A stretch of 64,000 nucleotides of DNA from Polyangiales bacterium (GTDB lineage: Bacteria; Myxococcota_A; Polyangia; Polyangiales; Polyangiaceae). Within the stretch, counting starts at the first letter, position 1. Every line of letters starts with the position of its first letter. The stretch covers positions 32,001 to 96,000 of the forward strand of contig JBBRNJ010000017.1 in NCBI GenBank assembly GCA_038230375.1. The letters run 5' to 3'. Under the pieces are notes generated by a model. The model saw only the letters and a program-made list of their open reading frames with translations, was not told the DNA's origin and searched no databases. Of the stretch, positions 9,947 through 20,300 are shown in pieces. The translations under genes and the position numbers were made by a program.

Positions 9947-12046
9947 GTGGTCATGCCCCGCGTGACGCGCCCCAATCGAATCGCTGCGCGCGCAGCGGGC
10001 GTCGTGGTCATGGCGGGTGCGCTTGTCACCCTCGCGTTTGGATGTCTCACCGGCTCTGGGCCTTCACTCACCGACGGCATCGACGCCACGCCTCCGCCTC
10101 TCACCGGCCTGGACGACGGTAGCGCTCAACGCGCGGACGTGGACCTTGGCGATCCGTTCGCGCTGATCGGCCTCACGCCGTCGCACGGCCCATTCACGGG
10201 CGGCACGCGCACGGTGCTCTCGGGCCGCGGCTTCTCCACGAAGGTGCGGGTCTTCTTTGGCAGCACCCAGGTCGATCCCAGCGCGGTCATCGCGAACGAT
10301 CCACAGCACGCCGCTGTGGTCACGCCTGCGGGCGCGCCCGGCCCCGTGTCCGTGCGCATCGTGGACGACGTGACGAACAAGGAGCGCACGCTGGCCTCCG
10401 CGTTCACCTACGACGCGCTCGTCGTCACGCCGCCCTCTGGAGCCACCAGCGGCGGCACACGCATCCTGGTCACGGGCGCAGGAACCCACTTCGTTTCGGG
10501 CGCCACCGTGAAGGTCGGCGCGCTCGACTGCGGGGCAGTGGCAGTCACGGACACGACACACCTCCAGTGCGTGACCCCCGCGTCTGCAGGCCCTGGCATC
10601 GCGGACGTGACCGTGACGTTGCCCGACAAGTCCACCGTGCAAGCGCGCGACGCGTTCACCTACAGCGACGCGCCCGACGGCAACCGCGGTGGCCTCTCCG
10701 GCGGCACGCTCTCGGGTCGGATCACGGTCGTCGTCATCGACTCGTACACAGGCACGCCCATTCCGGGTGCCAGGGTGATCCTGGGGACGGACGCGGCCTC
10801 TGCGAAGTCCACGAGCAAGTCCGGCGTCGTGCAGATCGACGATCCCACGCTCACCGGCAAGGTCACCGTCACCGCCTCTGCGAAGTGTCACCAGCCCACG
10901 ACGTTCGTGGACGTGCCGGTGGACACCGTCACCGTGTACCTGTCACCCGTGCTCGACCTGTCGTGCGCCAGCGGCGATCCGCCCTCCATCGGCGGCGGTG
11001 GCGGCCACAACGGCGGCGGCATCGCGGGCGAGCTCGTGTTCCCCGGTGGCGTCGAGTTCCGTCGCGGCAACTGGCAGAACGTCCCGCCGCCCTCTTCCCC
11101 CACGGAGCGCAACGCGGCCTACGTGTTCCAGTCCTCTGGCGGCTCCACGGCGGGGTTCGACCTTCCCGCGATCGATCTGGCGGTCACCACCGACTCACCG
11201 GGCACGCGCGGCTACGCGTTCTCGTCCCTCGTGTTCCCCGGCAACGTCACGCTCTATGCGCTCGCCGGCATCGAGGACCGCTCGTTCTCGCCGCCGCGAT
11301 TCACGGCGTACGTGATGGGCGTAGCACGCGGCCTCTACGTGCCGGAGGGCGAGCAGCTCACGCAGGTGAACATCTCGATGACCACGTTGCTCGATCACGC
11401 GATGACGCTGACGGCGAACGCGCCCTCGCCCGGCCCACGCGGCCCCGATCGCTTCGCAGCCACCATTGCCGTGACGCTGGGCTCCAGTGGCTTCGCGATC
11501 ATCCCAGGTGCGAGCCGCATCACGCCGCTTCCGCTCACGGGCCAGCTCACCATCATCGGCATTCCGTCGCTCGATCAAGGGCTCACCGGCGAGTCGTACG
11601 TCGTGTCGGCGAAGGCGGCCACGGGACCGGAGCTCGTCATCCCGGCAAGCATCGTGTCGCGCGTGAAGACCACGGACACCAGCGGCCCCGTGTCCCTGGG
11701 CGGCTTCCTCTCGGTCCCCGTGCTCACGGAGCCGGGCGTGGCGCCGTGGCCGGGTACGCACCTCTCATTCTCGGGACCGCCCATCTTCGACGTCTCGGTC
11801 ACCAGCATCAGCTCCGACCTCGTGACCTGGACCATCTTCGGACCGCCCGGCGGCACCGCGTTCGACCTCCCGGATCTCACCGCTGTGCCCAGCGCGGATC
11901 CGCTCGGCCTCCGCCACGGCGCGATCACCACGACTGTCTACACCGCACGCGTCGACGCGTTCTCCTATGCGACGGCGCGCTACGGCCAGCTCTCGACAGG
12001 CGCGTGGAACGCCTACTCGGTGGACACGCGACCGGGAGTGTACTGA
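9947..12046 (+). CDS. IPT/TIG-domain secreted lipoprotein
   Basis: Lipobox-like LAFGC; two IPT repeats (PSHGPFTGGT...AFTY; PPSGATSGGT...AFTY) followed by beta-rich domains. Confidence 0.8.
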   Translation: MVMPRVTRPNRIAARAAGVVVMAGALVTLAFGCLTGSGPSLTDGIDATPPPLTGLDDGSAQRADVDLGDPFALIGLTPSHGPFTGGTRTVLSGRGFSTKVRVFFGSTQVDPSAVIANDPQHAAVVTPAGAPGPVSVRIVDDVTNKERTLASAFTYDALVVTPPSGATSGGTRILVTGAGTHFVSGATVKVGALDCGAVAVTDTTHLQCVTPASAGPGIADVTVTLPDKSTVQARDAFTYSDAPDGNRGGLSGGTLSGRITVVVIDSYTGTPIPGARVILGTDAASAKSTSKSGVVQIDDPTLTGKVTVTASAKCHQPTTFVDVPVDTVTVYLSPVLDLSCASGDPPSIGGGGGHNGGGIAGELVFPGGVEFRRGNWQNVPPPSSPTERNAAYVFQSSGGSTAGFDLPAIDLAVTTDSPGTRGYAFSSLVFPGNVTLYALAGIEDRSFSPPRFTAYVMGVARGLYVPEGEQLTQVNISMTTLLDHAMTLTANAPSPGPRGPDRFAATIAVTLGSSGFAIIPGASRITPLPLTGQLTIIGIPSLDQGLTGESYVVSAKAATGPELVIPASIVSRVKTTDTSGPVSLGGFLSVPVLTEPGVAPWPGTHLSFSGPPIFDVSVTSISSDLVTWTIFGPPGGTAFDLPDLTAVPSADPLGLRHGAITTTVYTARVDAFSYATARYGQLSTGAWNAYSVDTRPGVY

Positions 12047-12049
12047 GGG

Positions 12050-14032
12050 GTGGCGTTCTTCTCCGCGAGAGCCGTGGGACGGGCAAGCCGAAATGGATGG
12101 GCGGCGGGCGGCGCACTGGCGTTCATTGCCGCGGCGTGCGTGCTGTCCTCGTGTCACTTCGATCCCGCCTACCGCGACATCGCCGAGAACCTCGCGCAGT
12201 GCACGGAGGGTGTCATCGAGTGCCGCTCCACGCTGCTCACCACCTGCAAGGACGGACAGGTCGTCGTCACGCAGGACTGCGGCAGCCAGGGATTTGCGTG
12301 CTCGCCTACCCTTCTCGCATGCACGCCCTGCGCGGCCAATACCACCAAGTGCGACGGCGCCAACGTGCTTCGCTGCGATCCGCAGGGCCAGACCTACGCG
12401 AAGACGGAGACGTGCGACGGGAGCCGTGGGATCGCCTGCCGCACAGGCGCCTGCGTACAGCTCTGCCAGGAAGCGCGGAAGAACCGCTCCAACGTGGGCT
12501 GCGAGTACTGGGGCGTGGACCTGGACAACGCGGTCACCAGCCAGGGAAATGCGTCGGCGCAGCAGTACGCGATCGTGCTCTCCAACCCGCAGCCTGATCT
12601 CTACGCGCACGTCACCGTGGAAGAGGACGACTCCATGCCGGGCCAGCCCGCGAGCGTGCGCGTGGTGGGCACGGCCACCGTCACGCCGCGCAACCTGGAG
12701 GTGTTCAAGCTCGGCCCGCGCGAGGTCGACGGCTCCGCGGACGGAACGTTCAACACCGGCACGGGCACCGCGCTCACCCGTCACGCGTACCGTGTCCGAT
12801 CCGACGTGCCGATCGTGAGCTACCAGTTCAACCCGCTCGAGAACGTGAACGTGTTCTCCAACGACGCGTCGCAGATGCTGCCCACGGAAGCGCTCGGCGG
12901 AAATGGCGGGCGCGCGTACGTGGTCGCTGGATGGCCACAGACCATCGCCATGAGCGATGTGCCCGCGCAGAACTTCGGCATCAACCTGCGTGTGTTCCTC
13001 GCGCTGGTGGGCACCAAGGAGAACACCCACGTCCGCATCCACAGCCAGGCGCGCATCATTCCCGGGCCGCCGGTGATGAACGGGCTTCCCATCGGTGGGA
13101 CGCTGGATGCGGTGCTGCAGCCCTTCGAGGTGCTGAACCTGGAGACCGGCGACTTCGACGCAGACTTCACCGGCTCCACGATCGAGGCGGACGGGCCGGT
13201 CGCCGTCTACGTGGGCAGCGAGGCCTCCGACGCGCCATTCTTCAGCTCTCTCGCGGAGCGCTACTGCTGCGCGGACCATCTGGAGGAGCAGCTCACGCCC
13301 ATTCGCGCCGTGGGCAAGACCTACGTGCTGGGTCACGTTCCCAACCGAACGCGCGTGGTTGCGGCTGCTGGTGGTGCGATCTCGATCGTGCCGGAGCCGG
13401 AGTACTACCGCGTGGTGTCCGCGACCGACGCGAAGATCACCGTTACCACCACGCTGCCCGCACCCTACGACACGTTCGACCTGGAGGGCGCCGGCGCGAG
13501 CGGGACGCTTGTTTCGTTCGACAACTTCCAGCTCACGGCGACCGGGCCCGTGATCATCGCGGACGTGCAGGCCAGCCAGGAAGCGGCAGGGGTGCAGCGA
13601 GGCCTTCCGGGGGGTGACCCGAACCTGGTCTACACGTCACCGGTCGAGCAGTGGCGCAGCGACTACGTGCTGCTCACGCCTGACAAGTATGCGTTCGACT
13701 TCCTGGTTATCAGCGCGCCGCGCGGAGCCGCGGTCTACCTGGATAGCCAGAAGGTCGACTCCACCATCTGTGACGTCACCGCGGGTGATGGACTGCTCGA
13801 CAAGGATCGCGGCAGGCCGTCGGACTTCGTCGTGTACCGCTGTCAGCTCTCGTTCCCGGCGATCGATCCGCAGAAGAGCGCGCCCAACAACCTGTCGCCC
13901 GGTCGACAGAATGACGGCGTTCATCGCGTGCAGGCGGACTTCCCGGTGGGCGTTCTGGTCTACGGCTTCGACTCGTTCGTGAGCTACGCGTACGCGGGCG
14001 GCACGGAGCTGTCGGACATCAACGTGCAGTGA
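12050..14032 (+). CDS. Cys-rich lipoprotein with IgGFc-binding-like domain
   Basis: LSSC lipobox, Cys-rich N-terminus, SNVGCEYW, YQFNPL, SNDASQMLP, DHLEEQL, YGFDSFVSYAYAGG motifs. Confidence 0.85.
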   Translation: MAFFSARAVGRASRNGWAAGGALAFIAAACVLSSCHFDPAYRDIAENLAQCTEGVIECRSTLLTTCKDGQVVVTQDCGSQGFACSPTLLACTPCAANTTKCDGANVLRCDPQGQTYAKTETCDGSRGIACRTGACVQLCQEARKNRSNVGCEYWGVDLDNAVTSQGNASAQQYAIVLSNPQPDLYAHVTVEEDDSMPGQPASVRVVGTATVTPRNLEVFKLGPREVDGSADGTFNTGTGTALTRHAYRVRSDVPIVSYQFNPLENVNVFSNDASQMLPTEALGGNGGRAYVVAGWPQTIAMSDVPAQNFGINLRVFLALVGTKENTHVRIHSQARIIPGPPVMNGLPIGGTLDAVLQPFEVLNLETGDFDADFTGSTIEADGPVAVYVGSEASDAPFFSSLAERYCCADHLEEQLTPIRAVGKTYVLGHVPNRTRVVAAAGGAISIVPEPEYYRVVSATDAKITVTTTLPAPYDTFDLEGAGASGTLVSFDNFQLTATGPVIIADVQASQEAAGVQRGLPGGDPNLVYTSPVEQWRSDYVLLTPDKYAFDFLVISAPRGAAVYLDSQKVDSTICDVTAGDGLLDKDRGRPSDFVVYRCQLSFPAIDPQKSAPNNLSPGRQNDGVHRVQADFPVGVLVYGFDSFVSYAYAGGTELSDINVQ

Positions 14033-14059
14033 TCAACGTGCAGTGATCAACGTGCGGTG
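14018..14059. repeat. Three tandem 14-bp repeats (ATCAACGTGCRGTG) at a convergent gene junction
   Basis: atcaacgtgcagtg x2 plus atcaacgtgcggtg; contains the stop codons of both flanking genes. Confidence 0.9.
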
Positions 14060-15894
14060 ACGACCTGCGGGCGCGGCGCGGGCCTCACGGGCGCGCTCGG
14101 CCTGAACGGCGCGAGCGGCATGGGCGTGAGCAGCTGAACCCGCGAGCCTGGCCCCGACTGGCGGACTGCACGTGTGCACTCTGCAAGCGTCAGGCGACGC
14201 GGCCCGAACGGCGAGGCATCCGCGGCGTCCGAGTCCATCAGCAGCGTCGGTGTATCCGTGCCGTAGTCGTCCGGGTGGCCCGGCATGTCGAGCACGACGT
14301 GACCGATCTCGTGTGCAAGCGTCAGGCTGGTGGCGCGCGCGCGAATGCCAGCGCGATCGATGAGGACCACGTTGCGCAGGCTGGAAAAATCGCTGGAGAT
14401 GAAGGACTCACCGATGCGGCCGCTGCCGGAGAAGCGCGGGATGATGATGACCTCGATGGTGGAAGGGTCGCCGTCGTCCAGGGCCTTCACGAGCGTGCGC
14501 TCTTCCAGCGTGCCAGCAACGGAGTCGGAGTCCGTGAAGTGGTCCAGGCCGTCGGCGAAGTCGATGTGGCCCACGCGCACCGTCATGGTCGCGTCCTCGG
14601 GCGGACCAGCGAGCGCAACCTTCGCGAGCTCACCGTTCGCGCGTCGCACGGAGACGTCGGCGCCAGGCCGCGCGCCGGGCATGGTCCGGGCGTTCGTGGA
14701 GATGGTCCCCGTGAAACCCTCCTTCTCGATCGCGCGTACGAACGCCTGCGCAGCGAGCACCGGTCCCATGCCTGCGCCAAAGGTGACACGCACCGTCTTC
14801 TTGTCCACGAGCAGCGCCGCGGAGCCCCCGCTCGCTCCCACACCGCCGGTGTCGCCGAACGCGACCAGATGGGACGGCGGCGGATCCACCACGTGAACGT
14901 CCGCACCGCCGGTGAACGTCACGCCGCACTGACCCCAGATCGCAGACGCGAGCGCGAGCTCGGTCTTCATCTCGTCCGCGGCGGTCTTGTCATCCGTACC
15001 CACGGATGGCGCGCCGCCCTTGTCGAAGCGCACCACGAATGGCCGGATCTTGGCGGTGTACGCGGGCGCGACATCCGCGATGCGTGGCGTGCCCACGCGC
15101 ACGCGCAGCAGTTTTCTGCCGTCGCGCTGCAGCTCCACGGCGCCGCCAACCTCGCCGCGAACGCTGCGACCGGAGACGAGCGGATGACGGCGATCCACGT
15201 CGTCCATGACGAGCCGCACAGGGACGGATGCAAAGCATGCGAGATCGCTCTTGCCGCGCTCGCACGTGGAGCGCTCGAGCGGCACGTCGATCTCGTCTAT
15301 GCGCTGCCCCTGCGCGGCGTAGCTCACGATGTGAATGCGAGGCACCGACTCCGCGCGCGGCGGTGTCTCGAGCGTCAAGCGAAGCGCATCGGGATCGTCG
15401 TAGCGCGCGCTCACGTCACCTTCCACGCGCTCGGGCGGTGTGCGCTCGAGCGAAAAACGACTGCGCACCAGGTCCAAGGGGCGCATCTCCCCGTCCTTCA
15501 AGCCAGCGCCGAACACCAGCACGCGCGCAGCGTTCTGCACGCCACGCGACTCGACGACCACGTCGACGAAGCCGGGCTCGATGCCCTGGATGGCTCCGCC
15601 CGCCGGCACCACGCTGCCCCACGGGACCGGACGTCCGTTGGCGACGATGCGCGCGCGCTCCGAGCCGGCGAACGCGAAGAGCTTCTGGCCTACCACGCGC
15701 GCCGGGAGTGGGACGAGGTCCGCACGAGCCGCGTCGGGCAGGAACGCCTGTTCGGCATCGCGGGTGCCGTCGCCGTCGTCGTCGTCCCTGTCGGCCACCA
15801 CGGATACGAGCAGTGCGTCGTCGGCGCTGCTACCGCGAATGGGAGCAAGCACCAACGCCAGGAGACCAACGAACAGCGCGGGGCGAGTCCTCAT
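14047..15894 (-). CDS. Secreted protein with a C-terminal zinc-metalloprotease-like motif
   Basis: Signal peptide, DRDDDDGDG acidic loop, TLAHEIGHVVLDMPGH (HExxH...H) followed by LLM; start could be 15915. Confidence 0.65.
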   Translation of the reverse strand: MRTRPALFVGLLALVLAPIRGSSADDALLVSVVADRDDDDGDGTRDAEQAFLPDAARADLVPLPARVVGQKLFAFAGSERARIVANGRPVPWGSVVPAGGAIQGIEPGFVDVVVESRGVQNAARVLVFGAGLKDGEMRPLDLVRSRFSLERTPPERVEGDVSARYDDPDALRLTLETPPRAESVPRIHIVSYAAQGQRIDEIDVPLERSTCERGKSDLACFASVPVRLVMDDVDRRHPLVSGRSVRGEVGGAVELQRDGRKLLRVRVGTPRIADVAPAYTAKIRPFVVRFDKGGAPSVGTDDKTAADEMKTELALASAIWGQCGVTFTGGADVHVVDPPPSHLVAFGDTGGVGASGGSAALLVDKKTVRVTFGAGMGPVLAAQAFVRAIEKEGFTGTISTNARTMPGARPGADVSVRRANGELAKVALAGPPEDATMTVRVGHIDFADGLDHFTDSDSVAGTLEERTLVKALDDGDPSTIEVIIIPRFSGSGRIGESFISSDFSSLRNVVLIDRAGIRARATSLTLAHEIGHVVLDMPGHPDDYGTDTPTLLMDSDAADASPFGPRRLTLAECTRAVRQSGPGSRVQLLTPMPLAPFRPSAPVRPAPRPQVVTAR

Positions 15895-15934
15895 GGAACG
15901 GAACAACCCCTTCATCGTACGACAGCAGCCCGCC

Positions 15935-17296
15935 TTACTCCAGCCAGCCCCACTGGATGAAGCGAACGGCGCGCTCCGTGAGCACCGGCCGCGGATCGCG
16001 GGCCTTCTGTGCGCGGAGGACGAGCGCTGCCCAGGCGACGTTTCCAAGGTTCTTCGAGCCCAGGAGCTCCGTGGCGATCTCGCGAACGGCGCTCTCACGG
16101 CTCTCGCGGCTCTCGGGGGGCTCGCTCGAGCCGGCCTGGTGAGCGGCGCCAGACGGCTCAGCCCCAGCGCCAAGATCTTTGAGCGCTGCAAGGGCGAACC
16201 CGCGGAGCTCTTCCTTCTTCGACTGTCGCGCTGCGATCTCGAGCTGCGGGCGCAGGTCGTCGCGCCCGTGGTCGCGGGCCAGATAGAGCGCGGCGCGCAC
16301 GGCGTTCTCGTCTGCGAGCGGGAGCACCTTTGTCATGGCCTCCATCATGGGTCGCGCGGACTTCACCTTCGCTGACGCCATGCGGAACAGGAAGGTCATG
16401 TCACGGTTCGCGCTGGGGCGATCGCTCAGGCGTGCGACGAGCTCGATGGTCGGCCGCGTGTCGGGCGGCGGCACCGCAGCGCCACCCGTGCTGTTCGGGG
16501 CGACGCCGTCGCGATCGGTGCCCGACGCAAGCGCCCAGGCAACGAGAGCCCACGCAGCGCGCGCGCTCTCCGGACCGGTGAGGGATTTTCGCTTTGCTTC
16601 CTCGAGCGGGGTGGGATCACCGCCGCGCTGCGCGACCTCGGCGAGGACAAGCCAGCGACCGAGGTGGCGCTCCGCCTCGCGCAGCACGAACAGCGCGCGA
16701 CCGATCTCCTTCGGTGCACGCGGCGTGCGAACGAGCGGCACGAAGATGTCGACGCACATCGTGATGCGGTGCGCCTCCTTGATCATGGGGGCGAGGCGCT
16801 CGAGCAGTGCGCCGTTCGACTCCTTGCGGACCACGCGCGCGGTCTCTGCGCAGAACGACGTCAGCGAGTGACGTGTGGCAGCCAGCTTCGCGAGCTGCGG
16901 CGTGAGCTGCGGGTCATCGGAGAAGCAGGCAGCGCTGAGCGTTGCGCTGCCGCCAGCGTCCTCGGCCGAGAGCGCGGTCTTGAGCAGCGGGATGACGCGC
17001 TTGTCCTGCGACTCGGAGAGCTCGCGGATGGCGGCGGCGTAGAGCTCGCGGTTGGTCGCGCCGCGCTTCACCAGCTCCTGCGTTGCACGCACGAGCGAGC
17101 TGCGGATCTCCGGGCTGAACGGCGCGAGCGCGCGAAGCGCACCAGCAAGGCGGGCCTCGGAGAGCGGCTTGCGACGGAGGACTGCCTCGAGCTCTTCGTC
17201 GAAGCGCGCACGCGCGCCCTTGTCCAGAAGCTCTGCTCTCGCGAGCTCCGGCTTCCGCAGGGCGGGGTGATTTTTCTTCGGAGCCTCGGCTGCCAT
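15935..17296 (-). CDS. Hypothetical alpha-helical (HEAT-repeat-like) protein
   Basis: Ala/Leu/Arg-rich helical ORF directly downstream of ileS on the same strand. Confidence 0.65.
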   Translation of the reverse strand: MAAEAPKKNHPALRKPELARAELLDKGARARFDEELEAVLRRKPLSEARLAGALRALAPFSPEIRSSLVRATQELVKRGATNRELYAAAIRELSESQDKRVIPLLKTALSAEDAGGSATLSAACFSDDPQLTPQLAKLAATRHSLTSFCAETARVVRKESNGALLERLAPMIKEAHRITMCVDIFVPLVRTPRAPKEIGRALFVLREAERHLGRWLVLAEVAQRGGDPTPLEEAKRKSLTGPESARAAWALVAWALASGTDRDGVAPNSTGGAAVPPPDTRPTIELVARLSDRPSANRDMTFLFRMASAKVKSARPMMEAMTKVLPLADENAVRAALYLARDHGRDDLRPQLEIAARQSKKEELRGFALAALKDLGAGAEPSGAAHQAGSSEPPESRESRESAVREIATELLGSKNLGNVAWAALVLRAQKARDPRPVLTERAVRFIQWGWLE

Positions 17297-17332
17297 GATC
17301 GTCAGAAGGGACAATCACAGTACCAGGTAAGC

Positions 17333-20300
17333 TCACGCGCGCGTCATCGAAATCGTGAGCGACTCACCCTCGACGTCGACGATTTTTCCATCGGCAGGTG
17401 GCGGAACGTTTGCGCTTGCCAAGTGCATCGTCAGCGAAGTCGCGAGCACCTCACGACCGATGTCGTCACCATGGCGCTCCACGATCTCCTTGGTGCGCGG
17501 CGTACCCACAATCGTGACCAGCACCCGGTCTGCGTAGTCGAGATTCATGTCCTTGCGCATCGCCTGCAGACGGTTCTGCAGCTCACGCGCATAACCGAGC
17601 GCAAGCAGCGATTCGTCGAGACGCGTGTCGAGCACGACAACGCCGACCTTGTCGCCCTGGGCCGCAAAGCCGTCCTTGGTCTCGAAGGAGATCTCCACGT
17701 CCTCGCGCGCGAGGAGCACGCCGTCCCACGTGGCCTCCCCCTTCTCCCACACAGCGGTCACGATCGTTCGCGCGACGTCGGCCGTGAGGCCCGTCATGCT
17801 CTTCTTCAAGGCCTGCGCCTCGCGGCCCTTGCCCTTCTGTCCGAGCGTGCGGAAGTTCGGCTTCACGGAGAACGACACGTACTTGTCCGTCTCGCTCTCG
17901 GGCACGAAGCTCACGTCCAGCACGTTGAGCTCCTCCTTGATCATGGGCAGTGACTCCGCCAGGCTCGCCTTCAGCGTCACGTCCGACAGGATGATGTGCG
18001 CCACCCCGAGCGGCTGCCGCACCTTGATCTTGGCATGCGTTCGCACGCCCAGGCCCAGGCTCACGAGATCACGCACCGCGCGCATCTTCTTGCCGAGCGC
18101 ATCGTCGATGAGGTGCGGGCGGGGCTCCGGAAAAGATGCAAGATGCACGCTTTCCGGGACCGAGCTCCCGAGCGCGCTCGTGAGGTTCCGGTACATGGCC
18201 TCTGCCGCGAACGGCGTGAACGGCGCCATGACCTTGGACGTGGTGACGAGGCACTCGTAGAGCGTCTCGAATGCCGCGCGCTTGTCCTGATCCTCGCCGA
18301 GCTTCGCGCTACGCCAGAACCGCTCGCGCGAACGACGGACGTACCAGTTGGAGAGCGCGTCCACGAAGTCCGTGATCTTCAACGTCGCCGTGTACACGTC
18401 GTACGCGTCCATGTCGGTCTGGACGCCAAGGACCAGCTTCTCGAGCTCGGACAGGATGTAGCGATCGAGCTCGGGGCGCTCCTTCTCGGGGATGCGTCCT
18501 GCCTTGGGGTCGAACGCGTCGATGGAGCCGTAGATGGTGAAGAACGAATAGACGTTCCGCAGCTTGATGAGCGTCTCCTTCTGGAGAGCGCGCACGTTGG
18601 AGAGCGAGTGACGTGTGTTCGACCACGGCGGGTTGGACGCGTAGAAGAACCAGCGGAAGGCGTCGGAGCCAGGCGCGGGCGAATCGGGATCGCAGATGGT
18701 CAGGCGCTCGTCCTTGGGAAGACGCGGCACCTCGACGGGCTTCACATCGCGCACCTCGGTGAGGCGCACGCCGAGCTTCTGCACGTCCTCGGGCGTGAGC
18801 ACGACGACGCGGCGCCGCATGCCCTTGCCCACGGCGACCGTGTACGTCATGGAGCGCTCCGACCACTCCTCGGAGTCGGCGCGACGCACGCGAACGGTGG
18901 CGCCCTCCTGAAGATCGAGGCCCTCCATGTCCTCGCGGCAGATCGTGACACTGCCTGCCTTGGGCGCGCCCTTGAGCCCCGCGCTCTCCGCGTCCGTCAC
19001 GGCGAAGTCCAACTTCACTTCGTCGATGATCACGTCAGGCGGGGTGTAGTTGCCCTTGCCCTTGGACTCCTTCTTCCCCTCCTTGTCACCGACGTGCCCC
19101 AGCACGATGCATGACTTGTATGGGTGCGGGTACTGCACCGTCGTGGGCAGACCGAGGCGCTTCTGGCACTCCTCGTCGAAGACCAGGGTGGAGATCATGA
19201 GGAGTGAGTAGAACCACCCGCGCGTCTGGTCGATCGCCTCGCTGATGAAGTCGGCGGGGAAGCTGCGCTTGAAGTCGTCGTGACCCTTGTGCGGGAAGCC
19301 CCACTGCGCGAACGGCATGCAGCCGGAGTCAAACCAGCAGTCGATGACCTCGGTCACGCGCTTCATGGTGCCGCCGCATGGCGCTCCGTTCACCTGATGG
19401 TCGCACGCGAACGTGACCTGATCGATCCACGGCTTGTGCACCATGAGGTGGTCCGAGAGGCTCGGGTCCTTCTTCTTGCATTCGGCGAAGTAGGAGAACG
19501 CCTGCGGGTTCCGCTTCTCGATCTCGGCGCACGAGGAAGGCGCGGCGAGGTGCGTCTCGTCCTTCTCGCAGACCCAGACGTTGAGCGGCGTGCCCCAGAA
19601 GCGCTCGCGCGAGAGCGCCCAGTCGACGTTGTTCGCGAGGAAGTCGCCAAAGCGGCCCTCCTTGATGTGCTCGGGCGCCCAGCGCACCGCGCGGTTGTTC
19701 GCGATGGCGTCGTCCTTCTTCTGCGTGGTGCGGATGTACCAGGCGGGCCGCGCGTACTGGATGAGCGGATCCGTGTCCGCGCGCCAGCAGAACGGATACT
19801 CGTGGCGGTACTGCTCCGCGAAGACAAGGAGGCCGCGCTCCTTGAGCTCCTGCGAGAGCTCCTTGTCGCAGTCCTTGACCCAGCGACCGGCGTACTTGCC
19901 CATCTCGGGGATGAAGGTGCCATCCGGTTTCACGGCGCAGAGCAACGTGGCCGTGGGATCACCCTGCGTCACCTTCTTGTGCGCGACGAAGTCGTCCTCG
20001 CCGAAGGCCGGCGCGATGTGCACGATGCCGGTGCCTGCGTCGAGCGTGACGAAGTCGGCCGCGATCACGCGGTGGTCGTGCTCCAGTGCGTACAGCGCAA
20101 ACGGCGGCGTGTAGCGCCTGTCGAGCAGCTCGGAGGCCGGGAATTCGCGCTCGATCGTGAGCTCACCGAGCTTCTTCGTGAGCGCCGGCACCAGCTCCTT
20201 CGCGACGACGAGCTTCCTTCCTGCATGGGCATTACATGCAACCTGCACGTATGTGTATTTCGGGTTCACCGCGGCATACATGTTCGACGACAGCGTCCAC

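Noticed and set aside
18671..19020. IleRS insertion as an intein
   Set aside because: Lacks intein splice-junction residues and homing-endonuclease motifs
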